64,000 nucleotides of DNA from Phormidesmis sp. (lineage in GTDB: Bacteria; Cyanobacteriota; Cyanobacteriia; Leptolyngbyales; Leptolyngbyaceae): positions 992,001 through 1,056,000 of the forward strand of contig CBDFJR010000002.1 in the NCBI GenBank assembly GCA_965248535.1, read 5' to 3'. Positions 29,859-37,741 of this stretch are shown here, one piece after another (the first letter of the stretch is position 1; every line of letters begins with the position of its first letter). The notes beneath the pieces were generated by a model, which did not search any database, was not told the origin of the DNA, and was given only the letters and a program-made list of their open reading frames with translations. The translations under genes and the position numbers were made by a program.

Positions 29859-30182
29859 TCAACGCCGATCGCGAATAATATCCCATTTGATCTTGTCCCA
29901 AATCCACGCATCTGACTGGTGAGGGTAGCCCGCTCTCAGGTTGTCATAGAGTCGATAAGCCGTCTCTTTGTTGTGAGTCAAAGCGATGATCTCGATCGGC
30001 ACTGGGATGATGCCAAAGTCGAGTTCGCGGGTTCGAGGTTTTGGCGCACGTCGCTTGCGTTGTCTAGGCTGAGGGTTTCGTGCGCCTCTATCGTAAGCCT
30101 CGTTGATCAGGAAGAACATCAAGAAAATCGAGCCGATCACCGATAAGATGATCGCCAACGCTGTCGGCGGATCTAGTTTCAT
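29859..30182 (-). CDS. Membrane-anchored hypothetical protein (107 aa)
   Basis: N-terminal TM, basic linker, C-terminal PHQSDAWIWDKIKWDIIRDRR. Confidence 0.65.
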   Translation of the reverse strand: MKLDPPTALAIILSVIGSIFLMFFLINEAYDRGARNPQPRQRKRRAPKPRTRELDFGIIPVPIEIIALTHNKETAYRLYDNLRAGYPHQSDAWIWDKIKWDIIRDRR

Positions 30183-30298
30183 GGGAAGAATAGCGCGTAG
30201 GTTAGGACAAACCGGATTCAGTCCCTCTCAGAGCTAACTGAGGGGGACTTTGCTATTTATCCCAACGGGGCGAGCACCCTCCCCAGACGATCGCCGTT

Positions 30299-32169
30299 TC
30301 AACTCTGCAAGTCGGCTTTGTGATAAATCTGTACGTCATTTATCGCAAACACGCTATTTCGACCCGTCACCTGGTTTCGCACTCGAATGCGATCGCCCTT
30401 GATCTCCAGCACCCTGCTAGGTTGACGCAACTCATCAAAGAAGACTTCCCCTACAAATTTGATAGGAATTGAGCTTGCATCTTTCTTACTTCCCGGTAAT
30501 TCCTTGGATGGTGGCTTGTCACTTCCGGCACGAAACCATGTAGCTGAGGTGTTAGCGATGATGATGTCACCAGGCGCAATCGAATGATCGCCATTGTCAA
30601 TTGGAGGGGGGGCGATCATTAGGCGATCATTAGGTCGATCATTAGGTTTTTCCTTATTTAATGCGGGGGTGAGGGGGTTAATGATCGGTCGATCGCCATT
30701 TTCGGGGTTTCTCAACAGTGAAATTTTTTCATTTTGGCGATCGCTCGGATCACTCACCCCTTCAGATGGCGGTATAGCGTTGTTTTTCGAGTGATCGATC
30801 GAGTGATCGCCGAGCGATCGCGGGTCAATCTGGCGATCACTCGATCGCTTGGTTCCGACGTAGTAAAGCATCGTGCTGCCCTGTCCTTTTGGGCACCTCG
30901 ATATCAAACCTTTGTTCCACATCTCCTTAACGACTTTCCTGATCGTGTTCTTGTGATTTGGAGGTGATGGGCTAGCTCTTCCACTTCGTAGGGCAAGCCA
31001 TAATGCTCATCCTCGTTTAGCCAAAGTTCGATCCGCTTTTCGGTGTGGGCTGTCTCTTCTTGTCCCTCATCTCCCTCCTTCCCTAGATACGCAAAGGTAA
31101 ACGCCTCTTCATCAAACTGGAACTTATAGCGCCCTGGTGGTCGGCCCATTCGAGTTTTCTGAACTCTCAGCACTCGTTCCCCGCTACTTTCATCAGCGAC
31201 GGTTAAACCCCACACCTCAGAGGCTGAGTTGTAGAGGGCTTTGGTGCCGCGTGACTCCCCTTCTGAGTTGGAGTGGTGAATCACGGCAAAGGTGCAGCCG
31301 TAGCGATCGCCCAAGTCATTCAGCTTGAGCATGAAGCGGGCATACTCGGTATCGTTCTCACTGATCAGCGTGTTTCGGTTAACGGAGGTCACCGAGTCGA
31401 TCATGCAGAACCTAACCGGATCACCTGCTTCTTTGTAGGACTTAAGGTAAGCCTCAAGCCGAGCCATGTTTTCAATTTGCCAGCCGGGAACGACGCGGAC
31501 GGGGTGATCATTGGTGAGTTGGCGGATCTGCATTCTCTCGCTGGTCACGACGACGGGTTCGTCAGACTGCATGACTAAGACTCGACCCTGAGCCACGGGG
31601 TAGCCGTTCCAGGGTTGCCCTTTGGCGATGCACTCAATCAGTTCGTAGAGCATCAATGATTTGCCCGCGCCGCCCATCGCGTGAAGTAAGAGCACGATGC
31701 CTTGCGGAATCCAGCCACTGACGACCCAATCTTTGACGGACTGGCAGAGTTTCCCTAGATCTTCAACGCCATAGTCAATAAACGGAGTCTGGTTGATGAG
31801 TGCTTTGTAGTAGCAGTTCATCATGGAGTTTTTGGAGATTTTGAAGCGCTTGGAAAGTTTTTCGAGCTTGAAGTCCCTCACACCTTCATCAAGAAGAGAT
31901 TCTACTTTCTTGATCTGCTCAACCATTTTGCTAAATTCGACCTCCTCAAGGTCAATGCCATGGGGCGCTAGGAGGTCTTGAGCAATTTGATCGACGAGTT
32001 CAAGGGGAACCTCATTTTGTTTGGCGATTCGAGCTAGTTTGACCTTTGCTCTTTGAGCGTCCATCGTCAGTTCTATGCCAGCAGAGAGGATGTCCTCTTC
32101 AAACCGTCGCTGCATCTCGAATTCGATTTCGGCCCAGTGGTTTTTTTCTTTCTTGAATTCTGATACCAT
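30299..32169 (-). pseudogene. RepA/AAA_25 (SF4-like) helicase-replication gene split by a 1-nt frameshift near 30953
   Basis: Walker A AMGGAGKS, Walker B CMIDS, VIHHSN, SRGTKAL, VQKTR; a wHTH (EELAHHLQI / KNTIRKVVKEMWNKGLI) is continuous only across two frames. Confidence 0.75.
30586..30846. repeat. GATC-dense tract with three CGATCATTAGG repeats (putative origin)
   Basis: 14 GATC counted in 261 bp; repeats at 30613, 30624 and 30636. Confidence 0.7.
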
Positions 32170-32301
32170 TTGGCTATCTCACTTTTTTAGGTGTATTTGC
32201 TGTCAAAAGTTCCCTGTAAACGTTGTTTACTGGGTTTCGTGAATACACGAGAAAAAGCCTGACCTTGTTGCCTCGTAAGCGTTGGTCGGGCTTTTTGCTG
32301 C

Positions 32302-32514
32302 TTAAATGTGATTGGCGATCGCTCTAATCAACCCCTTGGCATCGTCGATCGTGAGGGATTCAAAGTCTGGTTCAGCTTCTAAGATGCCGTCTAGCTCGTA
32401 GTACCTAAAGCCTCGATTAGCCTGTGGGTAGAGCATTCGATCTGATAGTGCGCTGATCAGTTGAATCTTTTGAGTCTGGTCAAGGGAGGGGATTAGCTGC
32501 ATTAGCGGTGTCAT
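32302..32514 (-). CDS. Hypothetical protein (70 aa)
   Basis: ATG preceded by AGAGG; co-oriented with the replication gene. Confidence 0.55.
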   Translation of the reverse strand: MTPLMQLIPSLDQTQKIQLISALSDRMLYPQANRGFRYYELDGILEAEPDFESLTIDDAKGLIRAIANHI

Positions 32515-32586
32515 AAAGTAACCTCTAGGTAATTAATCAAGTTGCGATCGCGCTGCCGTCTGGGGAGTGCGATCGCTTTTTTGTGG

Positions 32587-32790
32587 TCAGTCTTGTAGAT
32601 GTTTAGGGACGAGCCATCCATCGTCCTCAGGGTCGTCGTATGGCAGGAAATCGCTGAGTTTAGACAAGACGGCTATCTGTCTATCTAGAGGAAGTTCTTT
32701 AAACCTGGCTAGAACCTCTTCTTCTATCGCCTCTGGGTCATTGAGGTCTAGCAGATCTTCTTGTCTGGCTTTCCAGTCTTGCTGGGTCAT
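32587..32790 (-). CDS. Acidic hypothetical protein (67 aa)
   Basis: ATG preceded by AGGAG. Confidence 0.6.
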   Translation of the reverse strand: MTQQDWKARQEDLLDLNDPEAIEEEVLARFKELPLDRQIAVLSKLSDFLPYDDPEDDGWLVPKHLQD

Positions 32791-32973
32791 TTGACACTCC
32801 TAAAAATGGCTGAATTGATCAAGGGGCAACGGTTTGAGCGATTATTGGGGGGCAGTGCGGCTAGCTCTAGAGATGGGGATTTCCATAGATAGCTGCTGCG
32901 TACCTCTAAACAACGTTCTAGGCAACGTGTGCTGATACACACGGTCACTTCGTGCTGTTTGTTGTTTAGCGGT

Positions 32974-33032
32974 AGACATTTATGTCTTGTCAAAGTTTAC
33001 CAGACAAAAATGTCTATCGGACAAAAATGTCT
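32974..33032. promoter_or_regulatory. Three palindromic operator-like sites (A/G)GACA-N4-TGTCT between divergent units
   Basis: AGACATTTATGTCT 32974-32987, AGACAAAAATGTCT 33002-33015, GGACAAAAATGTCT 33019-33032. Confidence 0.75.
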
Positions 33033-33038
33033 GGTAAT

Positions 33039-33317
33039 ATGAACGAAGATAATCCAATTCGAGGCAATGCAGCTTTGAAAGCTTTAAGGGAAAAAGCTGG
33101 ACTCAACAGAATGCAGATAGCAAAGGCTATGGGCATTACTACCCGTATGTGGCAAAGGTATGAAAACGAAGGACGACCACCAGACAAGATTGATTTCGTT
33201 CTCAAACTTGCTGCCCTTACAGATACACCTGTTGATGAGGTACTGAAACTACTAGGTTTCAAAGTCCCAGACCGAGAAGAACTGCTTTCACTTATAGATA
33301 AAAGCGCTGAAGTATGA
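33039..33317 (+). CDS. Xre/Cro-CI family HTH repressor
   Basis: LKALREKAGLNRMQIAKAMGITTRMWQRYENEG HTH; start uncertain (33039, 33027 or 32982). Confidence 0.85.
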   Translation: MNEDNPIRGNAALKALREKAGLNRMQIAKAMGITTRMWQRYENEGRPPDKIDFVLKLAALTDTPVDEVLKLLGFKVPDREELLSLIDKSAEV

Positions 33318-33473
33318 CTCGCTCACACTTCAGCGCTTGTAACGATCACATTTAGGAGAGGAGAGTTTGAATTCTAAAACCAGGGCAGAGCTGTAACTCT
33401 CCCTGGATGCTCCACAGAAGACTTAAACCACCTATGGAGACTTACATTGTCTACTCAATCGTTGACATTGATT

Positions 33474-33520
33474 AAAAAAGGGCGATCGCCTCCACTAGCC
33501 GGAAGCGATCGCCCTTTTTT
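33474..33520. terminator. Bidirectional intrinsic terminator whose stem is two HIP1 sites
   Basis: Perfect 16-bp inverted repeat AAAAAAGGGCGATCGC / GCGATCGCCCTTTTTT. Confidence 0.75.
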
Positions 33521-33544
33521 GTCTAAAACATCTCACTCAAAATT

Positions 33545-33853
33545 ATGACCCAAATCACCAAACTTAGACCCGTGCCTCGGTGGGAGTCACCCCCCAACAA
33601 TCTCTATCCAATCATCAAGCAGCAGGGCATCGACTATCAGCTAGTGCCCCTATCCCTCATTGAGCAGTTGAAAACTGATCGCGAAAATCTAGTCTGGCTT
33701 GCCACGGGCGCGGCGGCAATGGCGATCGCCGCCGCCGTCGCCCTGGTCGCGGGTGCCTTCCGGCAAGAGACAAAAGTGATGACGATCGATAAGCCCGTCA
33801 TCGTCGAAAAGCAAGTCGTCGTCCCTACCAACTGCGTTCTGTTCTGCAAATAA
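33545..33853 (+). CDS. Single-TM hypothetical protein with C-terminal CxxxC (102 aa)
   Basis: Hydrophobic WLATGAAAMAIAAAVALVAG; ends NCVLFCK. Confidence 0.7.
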   Translation: MTQITKLRPVPRWESPPNNLYPIIKQQGIDYQLVPLSLIEQLKTDRENLVWLATGAAAMAIAAAVALVAGAFRQETKVMTIDKPVIVEKQVVVPTNCVLFCK

Positions 33854-33865
33854 GGAGAAACTCAA

Positions 33866-34354
33866 ATGTCATTACTCGGAAAAACCATCTCAGCCAACAA
33901 CTATGGCGGCACCAGCATGAAGCCCAACGACGTGATGAACGTTGGCAGTCATGCCGTCACCCCCTGGAACCCCGGCGATAGCTCAGAAATTCGCACTGAG
34001 CAGGTCGTTAACCGTCATAAAAACTTCGCAAAAAAGGAGGCAGACGATCTGCGGGTCAAAGCCAAAACTCGTCAACGTCAGGCTAAAACCAATCGTCAGG
34101 CCTATAAAGCACTGACCGCGATCGAGAGGGCAGACAGTTCAGATCAAACTGCATTCCGGGGTTACCAGACCGCCGTCGCCACCGTCACCGCCGCTAAGAA
34201 AGGGGCAGACGTTTCTAAAGCCAAAGTGCTCAACGGACTCACACCCAAGTACGCCAACATGGGCTATAGCCTGGGAGCTTCCAGCGATGAAGCCCAAGTG
34301 AAAGTCCGTGAATATCAAGCGCTTTACACCGAAGTTAACAGTCGTTGGAACTAA
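33866..34354 (+). CDS. Basic helical hypothetical protein (162 aa)
   Basis: Strong RBS AAGGAG; Ala/Lys-rich. Confidence 0.75.
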   Translation: MSLLGKTISANNYGGTSMKPNDVMNVGSHAVTPWNPGDSSEIRTEQVVNRHKNFAKKEADDLRVKAKTRQRQAKTNRQAYKALTAIERADSSDQTAFRGYQTAVATVTAAKKGADVSKAKVLNGLTPKYANMGYSLGASSDEAQVKVREYQALYTEVNSRWN

Positions 34355-34373
34355 CCACCAGGAGGAAAACTAA

Positions 34374-34646
34374 ATGATACGAATGGCTAGACTCACCAAT
34401 TACGCATGGTTGGGTCTAGCCATTAGTTCTTTATTAGGGCTAATGGCTAGACACGTCGCACCGCTAGGAGTTGGAGTATGGGTCACGCTCCTGCTACTGC
34501 TATTTGGACTCGGAACTGCACTGATTGCAGGAAACCTGTTAGACCACCACTTTGGATGGGTTCAAGACACCTCATTGGCACTCGCGATCGGCTTACTCGG
34601 AATCTTCATCATAGGGAGCGTGATCGGATGGTTAATCCTGCTCTAA
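34374..34646 (+). CDS. Small three-TM membrane protein (90 aa)
   Basis: RBS AGGAGG; three hydrophobic segments. Confidence 0.7.
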   Translation: MIRMARLTNYAWLGLAISSLLGLMARHVAPLGVGVWVTLLLLLFGLGTALIAGNLLDHHFGWVQDTSLALAIGLLGIFIIGSVIGWLILL

Positions 34647-35299
34647 AACGACTGCCCTACGGCATCCAGTGGGGAATGTCGATCGGCGTAGGCATCGTCA
34701 CCTGGTTCGTTGCCGTCAGTTTTGTGCGGCTGCTACCCGCCCCATTGCAACTACTGTCGATGCTCATCCCGATCGCCTGCTTCAGCTACGGGCTTTATGT
34801 CCTTCCCCGATGGAAAGATGAAGGCAAGCGCCGCGACTTGATTGAATCCCTGAAAGAGCGCGAATACGCTCACCGCATAATGCAACAGCATCATCTCAAC
34901 ATCGCAACCGATGATATCGAGTTCAACAGCACCATGAGAGAACTTGAGGCGATGTATCCCGTCGATAACCCTGCGGATAGAACGCCATCGGGCACAACTC
35001 CACACTCACAACTGGCACTACCAGAACAAGCAACCTACCTCTTAAAAGTGCAGCAGGAGGTCATGCAATCGTGTGGCGATATTGGCTGGGCCCTTGTGGA
35101 ATGGGCAAGCGGTTCAGGCTCTAAATACTGTGGACAAGATGGATGGATTTCCGTCGAGGGTTTACGCGCTAATTGGGGCAAAAAATACGGCTTAAAAACA
35201 GACGATCTTAAAACCCTGCTATCAGCATTAGTCGGAATTCAGATCGGAGAGTGGCGCAATTCTGAACTCAAAGAATGGCGATTAATCCTAACACTTTGA
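34628..35299 (+). CDS. Two-TM protein with soluble C-terminal domain (223 aa)
   Basis: In-frame ATG 34628 overlaps the previous gene; two TM helices, a helical linker and a small C-terminal domain. Confidence 0.7.
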   Translation: MVNPALKRLPYGIQWGMSIGVGIVTWFVAVSFVRLLPAPLQLLSMLIPIACFSYGLYVLPRWKDEGKRRDLIESLKEREYAHRIMQQHHLNIATDDIEFNSTMRELEAMYPVDNPADRTPSGTTPHSQLALPEQATYLLKVQQEVMQSCGDIGWALVEWASGSGSKYCGQDGWISVEGLRANWGKKYGLKTDDLKTLLSALVGIQIGEWRNSELKEWRLILTL

Positions 35300-35317
35300 A
35301 CGCTTGCTATTTTTTGC

Positions 35318-35413
35318 GGATCGGACGATCGGACAATCGGACGGATTTGCGGATACCTAGTCCGATTTCTGTCCGATCCGGAATCCGCAAATCTGTCCGA
35401 TTTCTGTCCGATC
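35318..35413. repeat. Nested inverted/direct repeat cluster upstream of the integrase
   Basis: 20-bp inverted repeat 35335-35354 / 35383-35402 (19/20); 19-bp direct repeat at 35360 and 35395; ATCGGAC/GTCCGAT units. Confidence 0.8.
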
Positions 35414-35477
35414 TCTCTAAGTCAAATTTGACGACTGAACAGACGCTAAGAATTACTGTTAGTTGAACGCTTAATAA

Positions 35478-36335
35478 ATGGCTCGTGACTGCCGCTACTG
35501 GATTGAAAAATTTAAGGAGGATTACTTCCAGCGTGGTAGCTCTGAAACAACGTGGAGAACCGAGTATCACAAGATGCTCAAACTACTCCCGTCAGACAAA
35601 CCTTTAACTGCCAAATTACTGCACCAATTAGTAGTATCAACCGAGGTCAATACTCGCACTCGCATCCGCGCCTGCATGGTGGCCGGACAGCTTGCCCGGT
35701 TCGCGAAACTCAACTACGACCCGTCACCTTATCGAGGCAAGTATTCAGCAAAAAGTGTTTCACCCCGCAATGTTCCCAGTGATGATCTAATTGTTGATTG
35801 GTACGATCGCCTCAAAAATCCCAACTGGAAGTGGGTCTACGGGATGCTCATCACCTATGGGCTTAGACCTCATGAGGCTTTCAGACTCGACTTTGAACAA
35901 TTACGGCAGCGCGATCGCGTTCTCTGGGTTGAGAACGAAACCAAGACCGGGAGCCGTCAAGTCTGGGCCTTTCATCCTGAATGGTTTGATGAATTCGACC
36001 TCCACTTGGTGCGGCTGCCCAACATCCAGCTAGACCGAACCAACGATCGAGTAGGACACAGCGCCACCGCCTATTTTAGTGAGTTTGGCTTGCCCTTCCA
36101 TCTCTACGATCTGCGACATCGATGGGCAATCAGAACCCTCGAATATGGGCTAGATATCGGTCTAGCTGCAAAGCAGATGGGTCATAGCCGCGAAGTGCAT
36201 GAGCGCGTCTATCACCGATGGATCAACGTCACGATTCATCAGCGCGCTTACGAGTCGATATTGAGTCGAGACGATCGCCCGCGGCCGCCGTCGAGGAAGA
36301 AACCATCAAAAAAAGAAGAAGGGCAAGACCGATAA
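35478..36335 (+). CDS. Tyrosine recombinase/integrase
   Basis: YGLRPHE (R), KTG (K), YDLRH, MGH and VYHRW (Y) catalytic motifs; adjacent to the tRNA att site. Confidence 0.93.
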   Translation: MARDCRYWIEKFKEDYFQRGSSETTWRTEYHKMLKLLPSDKPLTAKLLHQLVVSTEVNTRTRIRACMVAGQLARFAKLNYDPSPYRGKYSAKSVSPRNVPSDDLIVDWYDRLKNPNWKWVYGMLITYGLRPHEAFRLDFEQLRQRDRVLWVENETKTGSRQVWAFHPEWFDEFDLHLVRLPNIQLDRTNDRVGHSATAYFSEFGLPFHLYDLRHRWAIRTLEYGLDIGLAAKQMGHSREVHERVYHRWINVTIHQRAYESILSRDDRPRPPSRKKPSKKEEGQDR

Positions 36336-36386
36336 AAGTCTTGCCCTTCTTACGTTTTGCTACATACCCCCAGGGGAATTCGAATC
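36270..36386. repeat. Right attachment repeat (117 bp)
   Basis: Copy of 22204-22320; contains the integrase C-terminus, a terminator hairpin and the tRNA 3' end. Confidence 0.93.
36316..36351. terminator. Terminator hairpin between the convergent integrase and tRNA-Glu
   Basis: AAGAAGGGCAAGAC / GTCTTGCCCTTCTT 14-bp stem; adjacent A-run gives a U-tract on the minus strand. Confidence 0.75.
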
Positions 36387-36437
36387 CCCGTCGCCTCCGT
36401 GAAAGGGAGGTGTCCTAGGCCTCTAGACGATGGGGGC
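36365..36437 (-). tRNA. trnE: tRNA-Glu (TTC)
   Basis: Reverse complement GCCCCCATCGTCTAGAGGCCTAGGACACCTCCCTTTCACGGAGGCGACGGGGATTCGAATTCCCCTGGGGGTA folds as a cloverleaf. Confidence 0.97.
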
Positions 36438-36809
36438 GTATTTCACACTTTAGTTAAATTAGCAGATGGAACCGAAGTCTGTCAACCCCACCCAAACTTC
36501 TGGCGAGGTCAGCGTCTACCAACAAAACAGACAGCCGTGGAAGTGTCCTTTTAAAAAACTCAACGACTGCAAAACCCATTACGTTATCAACAAAGGGTAC
36601 GTCTACCCGCTCTACGAAGCCTCTACTTGTTTCCTATTGCGCTCATGATCTCGCTCAATCCCATGACTCCGCCAGAATCCGACTGCGATCGCGTTCCCTC
36701 GCGTCTCAAAAATGCTGACATTGCTTTATTAACAAACTGTCAGATCGATGAAAATCCCTTGATAATTAAGCAGAATAAAAAATCTGATAGAAGCGCTTCC
36801 CCTTCCCCA

Positions 36810-37505
36810 ATGACGGCAAAGGCTAATGCTACGAGTTCTCGTCTCTCGCCTTGGTTGGCTTCTCTAGTCTATCCACTGGGGCGCTATGGGCTGCTGCCAT
36901 TTTATTTTCGGCGCATTGAAGTCGTAGGTCGAGAACACCTTCCAGAGCAAGGTGCCGTGATTTTAGCGCCTACTCATCGTTCTAGGTGGGATGCTTTTAT
37001 GGTGCCTTATGCTGCAGGTCAAGACCTGACAGGACGGGCATTGCGATTTATGGTGACAGTAGATGAACTGAGGGGACTTCAGGGCTGGTTCATCAGGCGG
37101 TTAGGCGGGTTTGCGATCGACACAAAACATCCGGCGATCGCCAGTCTTCGTCACAGCGTTGAGTTGCTGCAAAACGGAGAGGTGTTGGTGATCTTTCCAG
37201 AGGGGGGAGACTTGCGGGGAAATCGCTCCTGCAAGCTCAACCGACTGCAACCGGGTTTAGCGCGTCTAGCTCTGCAATCACAGGCAGGTCAAGCGGGTCT
37301 AGGTGTGCAAATCGTCCCCATTGACATCTCCTATAGCTGCCCCTCAGTTCCGTGGCGCTCAAAAGTCAGAATTTGCATCGGTGCGCCGCTCAAGCTTGCC
37401 GACTACAATGCTAAGTCTTCTAAACTGGCGGCAAAGGAGTTGACTGCCGACTTAGAGCAAGCCCTTCAAGATTTGAATCGCTGTGGCACCACCGACAGAG
37501 GCTAG
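36810..37505 (+). CDS. plsC: 1-acyl-sn-glycerol-3-phosphate acyltransferase
   Basis: HRSRWD (HX4D) and IFPEG motifs; start uncertain. Confidence 0.82.
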   Translation: MTAKANATSSRLSPWLASLVYPLGRYGLLPFYFRRIEVVGREHLPEQGAVILAPTHRSRWDAFMVPYAAGQDLTGRALRFMVTVDELRGLQGWFIRRLGGFAIDTKHPAIASLRHSVELLQNGEVLVIFPEGGDLRGNRSCKLNRLQPGLARLALQSQAGQAGLGVQIVPIDISYSCPSVPWRSKVRICIGAPLKLADYNAKSSKLAAKELTADLEQALQDLNRCGTTDRG

Positions 37506-37741
37506 CTGTCGAGTCTGGGATCTGAGCCTTGGTGACCCGAATCAACTACATTGTCTCTTCAAGGCTCCTCATGGCTCATGGTGAGCAACCTTGTTTTCGT
37601 GTGCGTTTGATGAAATTTCCTGCGGCGGTTGCCTATAGGAGAACGTTCCCTAGTCCTGAGAAGAATCTGAAGCTCAAAGTCCTCTAAAACTGGGAGACTT
37701 AGGAGGCTGAAGCCATGAGCATCACAGAACTGATGGTGCTT

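Larger units (their letters stand above)
22321..36386. mobile_element. ~14.07-kb integrated prophage-like/virus-like element in tRNA-Glu
   Basis: Flanking direct repeats overlapping the tRNA 3' end, terminal tyrosine integrase, repressor, helicase and many small co-oriented hypothetical genes. Confidence 0.92.

Noticed and set aside
30940..30965. Programmed -1 frameshift in the helicase gene
   Set aside because: No X XXY YYZ slippery site at the junction, and the break falls inside a predicted wHTH
32787..32993. 68-aa ORF as a Cro-like protein
   Set aside because: TTG start inside the operator region and no HTH pattern
33434..33475. 13-codon ORF (METYIVYSIVDID) before the HIP1 terminator as a leader or signalling peptide
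   Set aside because: Too short, with no clear RBS or other support
22321..36386. Assignment as a tailed prophage, inovirus or PICI
   Set aside because: No recognisable terminase, portal, HK97 capsid or tail; no Zot/pI ATPase or typical small coat gene; unlike a PICI it has its own long structural-looking operon. Remote homology cannot be excluded without searches
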